Source: Fibrobacteraceae bacterium
GTDB lineage: Bacteria; Fibrobacterota; Fibrobacteria; Fibrobacterales; Fibrobacteraceae
Direction of reading: 5' to 3'
NCBI GenBank assembly: GCA_017631885.1
Contig: JAGBSH010000017.1
Span: 57,044-89,043 of the forward strand
Length of the DNA: 32,000 nucleotides
Under the pieces are notes generated by a model, which saw nothing but the letters and a program-made list of their open reading frames with translations, was not told the origin of the DNA and searched no databases. Of this stretch, positions 1 to 9,631 are shown piece after piece (position 1 is the first letter of the stretch; each line of letters begins with the position of its first letter). Position numbers and translations under genes: made by a program.

Positions 1-378
1 ATCACTATTTTTGCAATTTGAAAAAGTAAGATTATTATCAACCCACCATTGTATAGGCATTCTCTGCTGAATTTTTCCAGAATATTTTATTTTAATTTCG
101 TTAGTGTAAGCAAATGCTACTTCTCGGTAATAAGAATAGAGAGAATATTTGCAATGGTTAACAATTAAATTTCCTGTCATTTGCACAGACGGAGAAGAGT
201 TAATCCCAAGAACTACACGAGAATATTCCCAATCCTTTGGAAAATCTGTTAGAGAAATTGTATCACCATCGTTTAAATCAAGAATAATTCTTGTATTGTA
301 AGGAACAGAATGAACCATCGCAAAAAGTATTTGCGGTAAGTATAAAAGAAACATTATTCCAAACAATAAACGACTCAT
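1..378 (-). CDS. hypothetical secreted protein, N-terminal part only (ORF runs off the left edge)
   Basis: Not in the supplied track; hand-translated. The ATG (minus strand) at 378-376 lies 2 nt after the stop of the 381..839 ORF. The frame is open for 126 codons down to position 1: MSRLLFGIMFLLYLPQILFAMVHSVPYNTRIILDLNDGDTISL... The hydrophobic N-terminus resembles a signal peptide. No family recognised. Confidence 0.45.
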   Translation of the reverse strand, partial: MSRLLFGIMFLLYLPQILFAMVHSVPYNTRIILDLNDGDTISLTDFPKDWEYSRVVLGINSSPSVQMTGNLIVNHCKYSLYSYYREVAFAYTNEIKIKYSGKIQQRMPIQWWVDNNLTFSNCKNSD

Positions 379-380
379 GA

Positions 381-839
381 TTATTCCATAATCAATAACG
401 CTTGAATAGGACAATACATATTAGCAGGATTCCCTAAAGCATCCGAATTAGTACTACAATTGATATTATTTAATGCTGTTGTATTGGCATTTGTAACTGT
501 TGTTATCGCATAATTGGGATAAATAATTTCAATTTTACTACGAGTTGCATAGCCTGTTTGTACTAAAGCTTGAACTTGATTGTAAGTATTACTTGTTGAA
601 GTAATAAAAAAACGTAATCTATAGGTTTTGTTATTGAACTGAATGTCCAAACCGGAGTCTATATAAAACATTCCATCACTAACTTGAAGCCCAATATGAT
701 ATGAGGCAAGTCTTTCGTAACAGGATTGTGAAGGGATGCCTGTAGTTTGTCCTGGACTTGTGCCATAACAATTCCCCTCAGCGTATGAACAAATTACAGT
801 AAACAGCAATATGATAAGAATAATGCAAATTTTATTCAT
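381..839 (-). CDS. hypothetical small secreted protein (152 aa) with two evenly spaced Cys pairs
   Basis: Track ORF. N-terminal signal-like segment MNKICIILIILLFTVICSYA. Cys pairs at C24/C40 and C128/C143. The region is very AT-rich. No family recognised with confidence. Confidence 0.6.
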   Translation of the reverse strand: MNKICIILIILLFTVICSYAEGNCYGTSPGQTTGIPSQSCYERLASYHIGLQVSDGMFYIDSGLDIQFNNKTYRLRFFITSTSNTYNQVQALVQTGYATRSKIEIIYPNYAITTVTNANTTALNNINCSTNSDALGNPANMYCPIQALLIME

Positions 840-994
840 TAGAACTCCTCATTTCTTATAAAGAAACAATAAAATTTTCGTAAAATAAACAAATGTAATA
901 TTTCATACACTAAAACATTGCATGACAGATATTTTTATTTCATCATACAAATAACAACCAAGAAAATAAACTATCAACACTCATTTTTATTCAT

Positions 995-1023
995 AAAAAA
1001 ACCATAGCCTCAAAAGCTATGGT
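995..1023 (-). terminator. rho-independent terminator downstream of pgi
   Basis: Stem ACCATAGC (1001-1008) / GCTATGGT (1016-1023) with a 7-nt loop. The A-run 995-1000 reads as a T-run on the minus strand. It lies about 25 nt after the pgi stop. Confidence 0.65.
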
Positions 1024-1048
1024 CTTTAAATTTTTATATGCCTCTCAA

Positions 1049-2713
1049 TTAAGCCTGGTGTTTCTTGAACCAGCTGATGAGCGAATTTGTAGAAGCATCA
1101 TGCTTGAGTTCAGCATCTGCATTAGAAAGTTCTGGGAGAATTTTCTTTGCAAGTTGCTTACCAAGTTCAACGCCCCATTGGTCGTAGCTATTAACGTTCC
1201 AGATAACGCCCTGCACAAAAATCTTGTGTTCATACATAGCAATCAAAGCACCAAGAGTTTCTGGAGAAACATATTCCATCATAATGGAGTTAGTAGGCTT
1301 ATTGCCTTCAAACACCTTGTGTGGAGCAAGGAATGCGATTTCTTCTTCAGACTTACCATCTTTACGAAGTTCTTCAGAAGCTTCAGCAAGAGTCTTACCA
1401 TTCATCAAAGCTTCTGGTTGCGCAAAGAAGTTAGAAAGAAGTTTTTCGTGATGATCACCGACCTTATTATGGGAATTTGCAGGCGCAATAAAGTCACAAG
1501 GAATCATCTTAGTGCCTTGGTGAATAAGCTGGTAGAAAGCATGTTGACCATTAGTGCCTGGTTCGCCCCAAAGAATTGGACCAGTTTCATAATCAACGCG
1601 TTTTGAATCTCTATCAACTGTCTTACCATTACTTTCCATATCTGCTTGTTGGAAATAAGCAGCCAAGCGGTGCAAATACTGGTCATAAGGAAGCATTGCA
1701 TAACTTGAAGCGCCAAAGAAATTATTGTACCAAACACCAAGAAGTGCAAGAATCACAGGCAAGTTCTTATCGGCACTTGCTGACTTGAAATGTTCATCCA
1801 TTTCATAAGCGCCCTGGTGAAGCTTCATATAGTTATCAAAGCCAATACGGAGAGCAATAGAAAGGCCGATTGCTGACCACAAAGAATAGCGGCCACCAAC
1901 CCAGTTCCAGAATTCAAACATATTAGCGGTATCAATACCAAAAGCAGCCACCGCTTCTGTATTTGTAGAAAGAGCCACAAAATGTTTAGCAATAGACTTT
2001 TCATCGCCATCAAATGCCTTAAGAACAGCAGCCTTAGCCGTTTCAGCATTAGTCATTGTTTCAAGCGTTGTGAAAGTCTTAGAAGCCACAATAAAGAGAG
2101 TTTCTTCAATATTCACTTTCTTCAAAGCTTCTGCCATGTGAGTGCCATCAATATTAGACACAAAAATAACTTCAGGAGAATATTCACCTTCAGCTGGCTT
2201 ATCAGCATAAGGTTTCAAAGCTTCAGTCACCATTACAGGGCCAAGATCTGAGCCACCAATACCAATGTTAACCACATACTTAATAGACTTGCCCGTGTGA
2301 CCTTTCCACTTACCCGAACGAACAAGGCTTGTAAATTCTTTCATGTGTTCAAGAACAGCACGCACTTCAGGCATAACGTCTTTGCCATCAACACAAATCG
2401 GAGCGTCTCCTTTATAGCGAAGAGCCGTATGAAGCACAGCACGTTTTTCAGTCGTATTAATCTTTTCACCGCCAAAGAACTTAGCGCGCATATCTTCAAA
2501 GCCAACAGACTTCAAAAGATCCTGAAGTTTTGCCATTGTATCTTCATCAATAATATTCTTAGAATAATCCAAGAAAAGTCCACAAGCTTCAGCACTAAAC
2601 TTTTCAGCACGAGCGGCATCGTTTGCAAAAAGATTTTTCATGTGCCAAGTTTTAGCGACTTCAGCATGAGCTTCAAGAGCCTTCCATTCTTTTGAGTCCG
2701 TTAATTTAGACAT
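1049..2713 (-). CDS. pgi: glucose-6-phosphate isomerase
   Basis: 554-aa ORF with typical PGI sequence throughout ([44 protein letters not shown]). AAGGA RBS upstream. Confidence 0.97.
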   Translation of the reverse strand: MSKLTDSKEWKALEAHAEVAKTWHMKNLFANDAARAEKFSAEACGLFLDYSKNIIDEDTMAKLQDLLKSVGFEDMRAKFFGGEKINTTEKRAVLHTALRYKGDAPICVDGKDVMPEVRAVLEHMKEFTSLVRSGKWKGHTGKSIKYVVNIGIGGSDLGPVMVTEALKPYADKPAEGEYSPEVIFVSNIDGTHMAEALKKVNIEETLFIVASKTFTTLETMTNAETAKAAVLKAFDGDEKSIAKHFVALSTNTEAVAAFGIDTANMFEFWNWVGGRYSLWSAIGLSIALRIGFDNYMKLHQGAYEMDEHFKSASADKNLPVILALLGVWYNNFFGASSYAMLPYDQYLHRLAAYFQQADMESNGKTVDRDSKRVDYETGPILWGEPGTNGQHAFYQLIHQGTKMIPCDFIAPANSHNKVGDHHEKLLSNFFAQPEALMNGKTLAEASEELRKDGKSEEEIAFLAPHKVFEGNKPTNSIMMEYVSPETLGALIAMYEHKIFVQGVIWNVNSYDQWGVELGKQLAKKILPELSNADAELKHDASTNSLISWFKKHQA

Positions 2714-2770
2714 AATTTTTCCTTTCCGTAAAACGGTTATTTGTTAGCGACAAATGTAGAAAATCTTTAC

Positions 2771-3320
2771 ACAAAGGGAGAAGTCTCTCCCTCGCTTCAA
2801 CTGGCTTTGTTTAGGAATCGCTCTTTTTTCAAGAATTTAGCCCTAAACAAAGCCATTTTCCGCTACCCTCTCGAATACTCGGGCTCACACCGCTCTTTTT
2901 CGCATCTTTACACTTACCAGCGGTTCTTGCACACGGTTCTTGTCACTCGCGAGAAAACTTACCACACGCATCTTGTTGCGAGCCGTGCTGAATGCATGGC
3001 GCGCCAATCTCCTTGCCAACAGATGGCCGCACTGCGTTCGCCATGACAACCCTGAACTTGTCATTGCGATGGAGTGAAACGATTTTTTTGCGAAGCCTAA
3101 ATGTGAGCCTGCCACGAGCCACACTTGTGGCGTGGTGGAAGCAATCTCATTGCAAGCAGCACTTGTTTTTGGATTACTTCGCTACGCTCGTAATGACAAA
3201 AAAAAACAAGATGGCCGCACTGCGTTCGCCAGGACAACCCTACACTTGCCCGCCATTCTTATCACTGCAAACCAGAATCTGAGCTAACCACAAGCCCTGG
3301 CATAGTGGAAACACACCCTG
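2771..3320 (+). repeat. GC-rich modular intergenic repeat element, copy A (head at 2771)
   Basis: 2771-3141 aligns by eye to the reverse complement of 16300-15929. The first 40 nt are identical; the rest is roughly 85-90 % identical in blocks separated by three indel blocks. Internal duplications and hairpins are described under findings. The 3' about 180 bp (3142-3320) re-uses the same modules. Confidence 0.85.
3038..3069. repeat. REP-like hairpin inside copy A
   Basis: TCGCCATGACAA (3038-3049) and TTGTCATTGCGA (3058-3069) are reverse complements with one mismatch, separated by an 8-nt loop. Confidence 0.8.
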
Positions 3321-3414
3321 TTTACAAAAGAATCCGCTTTTTACCATTCCAAAAGCCAACTCCAGTTTCATTAAAGTATATTACAAACAAATTGCTTTTT
3401 ACAAAAAGGTTATT

Positions 3415-5346
3415 ATGAAAATCGGAATTCTTGGTTGCGGTCACATTGCCACAAAAATGGCAGAAGCTATTCACTTTTTAGAAAAACAAGGATTAGATTT
3501 TGAAGCCTATGCTGTTGCTTCAAGAACACTAGAAAAAGCAAAAAAATTCGCTGAAGATTATCACTTTAAAAAAGCTTATGCTAGCTACCAGGAATTAGCC
3601 TGTGATTCTAATGTTGATTTGATTTACATTGCCACACCACATTCTGAACACTATGAAAACGCCAAACTCTGTCTAAACGCCGGCAGAAATTTACTCGTAG
3701 AAAAAGCATTTACAGCAAACGCCTTACAAGCTTCAGAAATCATTGCACTTGCCGAAGAAAAAGGTCTCTTTTTATGCGAAGCTATGTGGACTCGTTTTTT
3801 ACCCGCTATAAAAATGCTAAAAACTCTTATTTTAAATGACCGCATTGGAACAGTTCAATCTGTAGAAGCCGAATTTTCCATGCCTTTAAGCCACATCGAA
3901 AGATTACACAAACCTGAACTTGCTGGTGGCACTTTATTAGACCTTGGTATTTATACTTTAACTTTTGCCGACTTACTTTTTAGCGACCCACAAATTGCAA
4001 AAGAAAACAATTCCATTTCACAAATACAAAGCCACTCCATCTTATTTGATTCTAAAGTAGATGCCACCGATTGGATTTCTTTATCTTATAAAAACGGACA
4101 AAAAGCATTCTTAAAAACATCTATGGTTTTACCTATCCGCAACGAAGGTTTTGTCTTTGGAACAAAAGGATTCATAAAAGTCCAAAATTTAAACGACATG
4201 ATTCAATTACAAGTATTTGATTCTTCTGGCACCTTATTAGAATCTATCGAAACGCCAAGAATGCAAAACTGTTATGAATACGAACTTCTTGCCTGTAAAG
4301 AAGCCTTAACGCACCCAGAATTATTCAAACGCTATATTCCTTCTGAAAATCGTTGCATTTGGGAACACCCAGACATGCCGCACAGCAAAACAATGGAATT
4401 TATGGAAATAATGGATTCTTTACGAAATTCCTGGGGCGTTTCTTATCCATTCGAACAAAGCCCTCAAGAAATCTGGGACCGTTCTCAAGACTCTTCTTAC
4501 TTACAAATTTTCGACATTGAAACCGGTGAAGTTTCTCTAGTAAAAGAATTTGATGGCGTTATAGAAGCGCCCAACTGGAGCCCTGACGGAAAATTTTTAA
4601 CATACAATGCAGAAGGTAAAATTTACAAACTAGACCTTTCTGACAATTCTATCTCTCTTGTGCAATCTCATTTTGTTGACAATTGCAACAACGACCATGT
4701 CCTTTCGCCAGATGGGTTAGGGCTTTATGTCAGCCACCACACCAAAGAAGATGGTTTATCAAGAATTTACAAAATTTTCTTTGATGGTTCTTCTCCAGAA
4801 CTTGTCACCCCTCTTGCCCCGAGTTATTTGCACGGTATAACGCCCGATGGAAAACATCTCGCTTATTGCGCGGAACGAAATGGCGAATACGACATTTACA
4901 CCATTCCTTCAAACGGCGGAAACGAAACTCGTTTAACCACAGCAAAAGGTTTAAATGATGGCCCTGAATACGATTTCCAAGGCGAATGGATTTACTTTAA
5001 TTCTGCTCGCACTGGCCGCATGCAAGCTTGGGTAATGAAAGCAAATGGTACAGAACAAACGCAATTGACATTTGACCCACATTTTAATACTTGGTTCCCG
5101 CATATTTCTCCAGACAACCAAAAAATCGTAATGCTTGCTTACCATGAATGTGATGTTCGCCCCCAAGAACACATTCCTAACAAAAATGTTGAAATCCGAC
5201 TTATGGAACGCCATAAAGATTCTTGGAGCGAACCTAAAACCATCTTAAAACTTTTTGGCGGTCAAGGGACTATCAATGTAAACTCTTGGGCTCCTGATAG
5301 CAAACGTTTTGCCTTTGTAAGTTATAAACAAAATAAAAACTTATAA
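3415..5346 (+). CDS. Gfo/Idh/MocA-type NAD(P)-oxidoreductase fused to a TolB-like (PD40) beta-propeller
   Basis: The N-terminus MKIGILGCGHIATKMAE is a Rossmann GxGxxG/A motif, and LLVEKAF is typical of the Gfo/Idh/MocA family. From about residue 350 there are repeated PD40 signatures: NWSPDGKFLTY, VLSPDGLGLYVS, GITPDGKHLAY, HISPDNQKIVM, SWAPDSKRFAF. No signal peptide. Confidence 0.85.
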   Translation: MKIGILGCGHIATKMAEAIHFLEKQGLDFEAYAVASRTLEKAKKFAEDYHFKKAYASYQELACDSNVDLIYIATPHSEHYENAKLCLNAGRNLLVEKAFTANALQASEIIALAEEKGLFLCEAMWTRFLPAIKMLKTLILNDRIGTVQSVEAEFSMPLSHIERLHKPELAGGTLLDLGIYTLTFADLLFSDPQIAKENNSISQIQSHSILFDSKVDATDWISLSYKNGQKAFLKTSMVLPIRNEGFVFGTKGFIKVQNLNDMIQLQVFDSSGTLLESIETPRMQNCYEYELLACKEALTHPELFKRYIPSENRCIWEHPDMPHSKTMEFMEIMDSLRNSWGVSYPFEQSPQEIWDRSQDSSYLQIFDIETGEVSLVKEFDGVIEAPNWSPDGKFLTYNAEGKIYKLDLSDNSISLVQSHFVDNCNNDHVLSPDGLGLYVSHHTKEDGLSRIYKIFFDGSSPELVTPLAPSYLHGITPDGKHLAYCAERNGEYDIYTIPSNGGNETRLTTAKGLNDGPEYDFQGEWIYFNSARTGRMQAWVMKANGTEQTQLTFDPHFNTWFPHISPDNQKIVMLAYHECDVRPQEHIPNKNVEIRLMERHKDSWSEPKTILKLFGGQGTINVNSWAPDSKRFAFVSYKQNKNL

Positions 5347-5415
5347 TAATTGCAACCGTTTCTTTCGTTTAATCATCTAAATAAAAGTCTTTTTCAAAGG
5401 TTAATTTTACTTTGG

Positions 5416-5442
5416 AAATCTTTTATTCAAAAGATTTTTTTT
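5416..5442 (+). terminator. weak AT-rich hairpin plus T-run after the oxidoreductase fusion gene
   Basis: AAATCTTTT (5416-5424) / AAAAGATTT (5429-5437), followed by TTTTT. Confidence 0.35.
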
Positions 5443-5482
5443 GTAATTTTGCTTTTGAAAAAAAAAGGAATCGTGATTTAAA

Positions 5483-6556
5483 ATGAAAAAATGGATTTTA
5501 CCTCTACTTATTTTGCTTTTGATATTTTCTGGCTGTAAACAAAGTGCAGAAAAAAAATCTTCTAACCGCAAAAATATTGCTTCAAGAACTCTTCAAGTAG
5601 AAGGCTTTGTTGCCGAATATAAAACCATTCCTGCAGACTTTAAAACATCTGGCGAACTCTTAAGTAAGGAAAGCGTTGAACTCAAAACCGAATCTGCAGG
5701 CAAACTTTTAAAAGTTTATCCAAAAGATGGTGCAAAAGTTTCAAAGGGCAGTTTAATTGCAAAATTAGACGATTCTGAATTACAAGCCGAAAAAAAACGA
5801 ATTGAAGCCACTCTTTCTCTTGCCAAACAATCTAAAGAACGCGTTCAAAAATTACACGAACAAGGGAGTGCAACCGATGTTGATTTAGAAAAAGCCAACG
5901 CAGAACTTGCTATTGCAGAAGCCGCTCTAGAACTCATTTCAGCACAAATTGCCAAAACAGAAATCCGCGCTCCATTTAGTGGCGTTTGTGGTTTTTTTGA
6001 CGTTTCTCCAGGAGAATGGCTTTCTAGTGGAAAAGCACTTGTCACTCTTTCTGACATAGCTTCTTTACGCATTCGCTTTGCTTTACCCCAACGTTATGCA
6101 TCTGGCATTTCAAAGGGCGGAAAAATCTTTGTAACTGATGGAGAACGCAATTTAACAGGAGAAGGAAAAATAAAAGCACTTGATCCTGTTTTATCGCCAT
6201 CTAGCCGTAGCCGTTTTGTAGAAGCTGAAATCCCAAACAAAAAAGGTGAATGGCTTTCAGGCAGTTTTGTTTCATTAACAGTTCCTCTTGCCGCAGAAGT
6301 CAAACCATCTATTTCTATTCCTGCCGAAGCCATTACTCTTGATGACAAAGGAGCTTATCTTTTTGTTTTACAAAATGGCAAAGCTAAAAAAACTTATGTC
6401 ACTACCGCTCTTAGAACGCCTATTTCCGTAACTGTTACTGATGGCCTTTCCGAAGGCGATACCATTGCTGTTTCTGGCTTAATGAATATGCGAGATGGTT
6501 CTTCTGTAGAAGTCAAATCTCTTCGCAATAAAGACAATTACGAGGTTCAAGAATGA
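5483..6556 (+). CDS. RND efflux periplasmic adaptor (membrane fusion protein), lipoprotein
   Basis: Lipobox LIFSGC. Coiled-coil hairpin region followed by EIRAPFSGV, typical of the HlyD/AcrA family. ATGA overlap with the downstream RND pump gene. Confidence 0.9.
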   Translation: MKKWILPLLILLLIFSGCKQSAEKKSSNRKNIASRTLQVEGFVAEYKTIPADFKTSGELLSKESVELKTESAGKLLKVYPKDGAKVSKGSLIAKLDDSELQAEKKRIEATLSLAKQSKERVQKLHEQGSATDVDLEKANAELAIAEAALELISAQIAKTEIRAPFSGVCGFFDVSPGEWLSSGKALVTLSDIASLRIRFALPQRYASGISKGGKIFVTDGERNLTGEGKIKALDPVLSPSSRSRFVEAEIPNKKGEWLSGSFVSLTVPLAAEVKPSISIPAEAITLDDKGAYLFVLQNGKAKKTYVTTALRTPISVTVTDGLSEGDTIAVSGLMNMRDGSSVEVKSLRNKDNYEVQE

Positions 6557-9500
6557 GCCTGTCTCAGGTATCAGTCCGCCGCCCAGTCTTAATGACTGTG
6601 ATGGCTATTGGTGTAGTTCTTCTCGGATTATACGGAGCTTCTACTTTAGGCGTTCGAAAATTTCCAAACGTAGATTCTCCTATTATTACAGTCAGAACCA
6701 CCTATAGCGGGGCTAATGCGGCCGTTGTCGAATCTGAAGTTACAGAAGTTTTAGAAGAATCTATAAACACTGCTTCTGGTATTAAATCTGTCACATCAAG
6801 AAGTTCAGATGGTTCTTCTTACATCCGAATAGAATTTGATGTAGGGGCTGACCTTGAAGCCGCTGCAAACGATATCCGCGATAGGGTTTCACGCGTTCAA
6901 CGCCGTTTACCAGATAACGCTGATGCACCAACCGTTAGCAAATCCGACTCTGATTCAGAACCAATTCTCATCGTAAGTTTACTTTCAGAAACCTGTGATG
7001 CTATGGAAGTTTCTGAAATTGCAAACAACCAAGTCAAAGAACGTTTACAAACAATCTCTGGCGTTTCCGAAGTCGCTATTTGGGGCGAAAAGCAACCAAA
7101 AGTTCGCTTGTGGCTAGACCCTGTTCGCATGCAAGGTTTAGGCGTTACTTCAACTGATATTTCTAGTGCACTTGCCAATGAAAATATTGAACTCCCTGCT
7201 GGTAAAATTGAAGGGCAAACTACAGACCTTTCTATCAGAGCACTTGGCCGCTTAAATACCCCACAAGAATTTTCAAAAATTGCAATCAAAACAGCATCTG
7301 ATGGAAACATCATTCGATTAAGAGATGTTGCCAATATACACTTTGAACCAAAAGACCCAAGAACAGGTTTTAAACGCAATGGAAAAAACACCATTACGCT
7401 AGCGCTCATAGCACAACCCGGTGCAAACCATGTTGAAATTGCAAATGAACTTTATAAAAGGTTAGAACAAATCCGCAGAGATTTACCAAAAGACATTTCC
7501 ATTGTTCGCGGTATGGATTCTTCTGTTTCTATTAGGCAATCCATTCGCGAAGTTGGCGAAACCATCTTTATAGCCTTTTTACTTGTTATCGTTATTATTT
7601 TCCTTTTCTTGCGAGAAGGTCGTACCACATTAATCCCAATGGTTGTTGTCCCTGTTTCTATTATTGGTTCATTTTTCATTCTTTCTCTTCTTGGTTTTTC
7701 CATAAACGTTTTAACTCTTTTAGCAATGGTCTTAGCCATTGGTCTTGTTGTTGACGATGCGATTGTTATTGTTGAAAACATTTACCACCGAATTGAAGCA
7801 GGGATGTCTCCAAAACAAGCTGCCGTTGCCGGAACCGATGAAATTCTTTTTGCCGTTCTTGCTACTTCTGTTGTTTTAATGGCTGTATTTATCCCAATTC
7901 TTTCACTTGGAGGGACAACAGGCCTTTTATTCAGAGAATTTGTCGCCGTGATGATTGGAACCGTGTTTCTTTCTACGCTTTTTGCTTTAACACTATCTCC
8001 AATGCTTTGTTCCAAATTCTTACGAGTACAAAAAAAAGGTCTCTTTTACGAAAAAACTGAACCATTTTTTGTTGCTTTGAATAACATTTACTCAAAAATT
8101 TTAACAGTTTTCCTAAAAAAACGTTGGTTACTATTCCCTATTCTTTTATTACTTGGTGGCTTAACTTGGTATTCTTTCCACAATATGTCTAGCGAAATGG
8201 CGCCACAAGAAGATTCTGGAATGTTCATGGTAAACTTGTCTTTGCCAGAAGGTTCTGGACTTTCTCGTTCTAAACGCATTGCAGAAAGCTTTGTTGAAGA
8301 AGTCGCTATGCAAATGGATTCTTCTGAATACAGCGAAATACAAGCTGGTGTCCGCAGTGCGGGTAGTGCAATGATTCGTGTAACTCTTGCCGAGGACGCT
8401 TCAACTAGGCGTTCTCAAGATGCCATAGCGCGTTCTGTTCAAGCTTTAGGCAATAACTACCCTGATATGCATGTAATGGTAATGCAGCCAGCAAGCATTT
8501 CTTCACAAAGAGGCGGACTTCCGGTTCAATTTGTTTTACAAGCTCCCAATCTCGATGTCTTAAGAAAACTCGTCCCTGAATTTATTTTAGAAGCTCAGAA
8601 AAGCCCTATTTTCAGCGTTGTCAATTCCGATTTAACTTTTACCAAACCAGAACTCCATGTAGAAATTTTAAGAGACAAAGCAAGAGACGCAGGAGTTTCT
8701 ATACAATCCATTGAAAAAACTTTAGATTTATTTTTAAGTGATGGTGCTTACGACGATTTTTACCAAGATGGTCACCAATACGATGTTATTGGCGCAGTCG
8801 GTTTAAATTACCGAGATCAAGCAAATTGGCTAGGATTGCTGACCGTGCGTTCAAATTCAGGCGAATTACTCCCCTTATCTAATTTTATCACTACTAAAGA
8901 AGTCGCTTCTGTTCCTTCTCGCCCAAGATACAATCGCTTTTCTGCAGCAACCATCCGAGCAGGTTTAGTAGAAGGCAAAACTATCGGTGATGGTGTTGAA
9001 GAAATGCGGAAAATAGCCGATAAAGTTTTAAAGAATTATAATGGTATTAACACGGATTTAGCAGGCGCGTCTAAAGAATTTGAAGAAAGTTCCTCTGGGC
9101 TTTATATTGTCTTTTTATTAGCATTAGCCTTTATATTCCTTGTCCTTGCTGGGCAATTTGAAAGTTTCCGTTCTCCATTCGTTATCTTATTCACAGTACC
9201 ACTTGCTTTAGCTGGAGCATTAGGCGTTTTATATTTAACAGGCCAGACCTTAAACATTTTTAGTGAAATCGCTTTAATTTTGCTTATTGGGCTTGTAACC
9301 AAAAATGGTATTCTAATTGTAGAATTTGCCAACCAAATTGCCGAACGTTCTGGTTGTTCTCGTTTAGAAGCTGCAAAAGAAGCAGCACAACGTCGTTTCC
9401 GTCCAATTCTTATGACAAGCCTTTCTACTGTTCTTGGGGCAGTTCCTCTAATTTTAACAGGAACACCTAGCCGTGTAGCTATGGGGATTGCTATTGTTGG

Positions 9501-9612
9501 CGGTCTTACTTTTGCAACCTTTATGACGCTTCTTATTGTGCCAGCTGCTTATTCTTACTTTGCAGGTAAAGCTGAAAAGAAAAATTCCAAAACAGTTCAA
9601 CACATGGCATAA
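6553..9612 (+). CDS. RND efflux permease (AcrB/AcrD/AcrF family)
   Basis: 1019 aa with an RND-type arrangement of hydrophobic segments. VVDDAIVIVENI motif. The two halves look internally duplicated. Confidence 0.95.
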   Translation: MSLSQVSVRRPVLMTVMAIGVVLLGLYGASTLGVRKFPNVDSPIITVRTTYSGANAAVVESEVTEVLEESINTASGIKSVTSRSSDGSSYIRIEFDVGADLEAAANDIRDRVSRVQRRLPDNADAPTVSKSDSDSEPILIVSLLSETCDAMEVSEIANNQVKERLQTISGVSEVAIWGEKQPKVRLWLDPVRMQGLGVTSTDISSALANENIELPAGKIEGQTTDLSIRALGRLNTPQEFSKIAIKTASDGNIIRLRDVANIHFEPKDPRTGFKRNGKNTITLALIAQPGANHVEIANELYKRLEQIRRDLPKDISIVRGMDSSVSIRQSIREVGETIFIAFLLVIVIIFLFLREGRTTLIPMVVVPVSIIGSFFILSLLGFSINVLTLLAMVLAIGLVVDDAIVIVENIYHRIEAGMSPKQAAVAGTDEILFAVLATSVVLMAVFIPILSLGGTTGLLFREFVAVMIGTVFLSTLFALTLSPMLCSKFLRVQKKGLFYEKTEPFFVALNNIYSKILTVFLKKRWLLFPILLLLGGLTWYSFHNMSSEMAPQEDSGMFMVNLSLPEGSGLSRSKRIAESFVEEVAMQMDSSEYSEIQAGVRSAGSAMIRVTLAEDASTRRSQDAIARSVQALGNNYPDMHVMVMQPASISSQRGGLPVQFVLQAPNLDVLRKLVPEFILEAQKSPIFSVVNSDLTFTKPELHVEILRDKARDAGVSIQSIEKTLDLFLSDGAYDDFYQDGHQYDVIGAVGLNYRDQANWLGLLTVRSNSGELLPLSNFITTKEVASVPSRPRYNRFSAATIRAGLVEGKTIGDGVEEMRKIADKVLKNYNGINTDLAGASKEFEESSSGLYIVFLLALAFIFLVLAGQFESFRSPFVILFTVPLALAGALGVLYLTGQTLNIFSEIALILLIGLVTKNGILIVEFANQIAERSGCSRLEAAKEAAQRRFRPILMTSLSTVLGAVPLILTGTPSRVAMGIAIVGGLTFATFMTLLIVPAAYSYFAGKAEKKNSKTVQHMA

Positions 9613-9631
9613 AACTTTTAGACAATAAAAA

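Noticed and set aside
381-839. Calling the 152-aa secreted protein an AB5-toxin B subunit.
   Set aside because: The resemblance is a short by-eye pattern only. The downstream partial ORF shows no ADP-ribosyltransferase or subtilase motifs. It is kept as a hypothesis to test and is not an annotation.
1019-1606. Long antisense ORFs opposite well-supported genes: 1019..1606 and 2297..2695 opposite pgi, 6897..7409 opposite the RND pump, 12367..12858 and 13558..13887 opposite the fibro-slime gene, and 22379..22924 opposite the SBP gene.
   Set aside because: These are shadow ORFs in the antisense frame of genes with clear family signatures. They have low-complexity, Ser/Phe/Leu-rich translations and no start context.
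2741-3282. Track ORFs 2741..3046 (+), 2885..3124 (-) and 2992..3282 (+) inside repeat copy A, considered as possible genes.
   Set aside because: They overlap one another on both strands and have no RBS. They exist because the GC-rich repeat lacks stop codons. Their 'conservation' with the ORFs in copy B is explained by nucleotide-level repeat identity with indels, not by codon-level constraint.
2771-3320. A CRISPR array or a diversity-generating retroelement TR/VR pair, suggested by the repeated modules (for example 3021-3060 versus 3209-3248).
   Set aside because: The repeats are not regularly spaced with unique spacers, and no cas genes are present. The three mismatches between the 40-mers are T/G, G/A and A/C, not adenine-specific. 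No reverse transcriptase is in the window.
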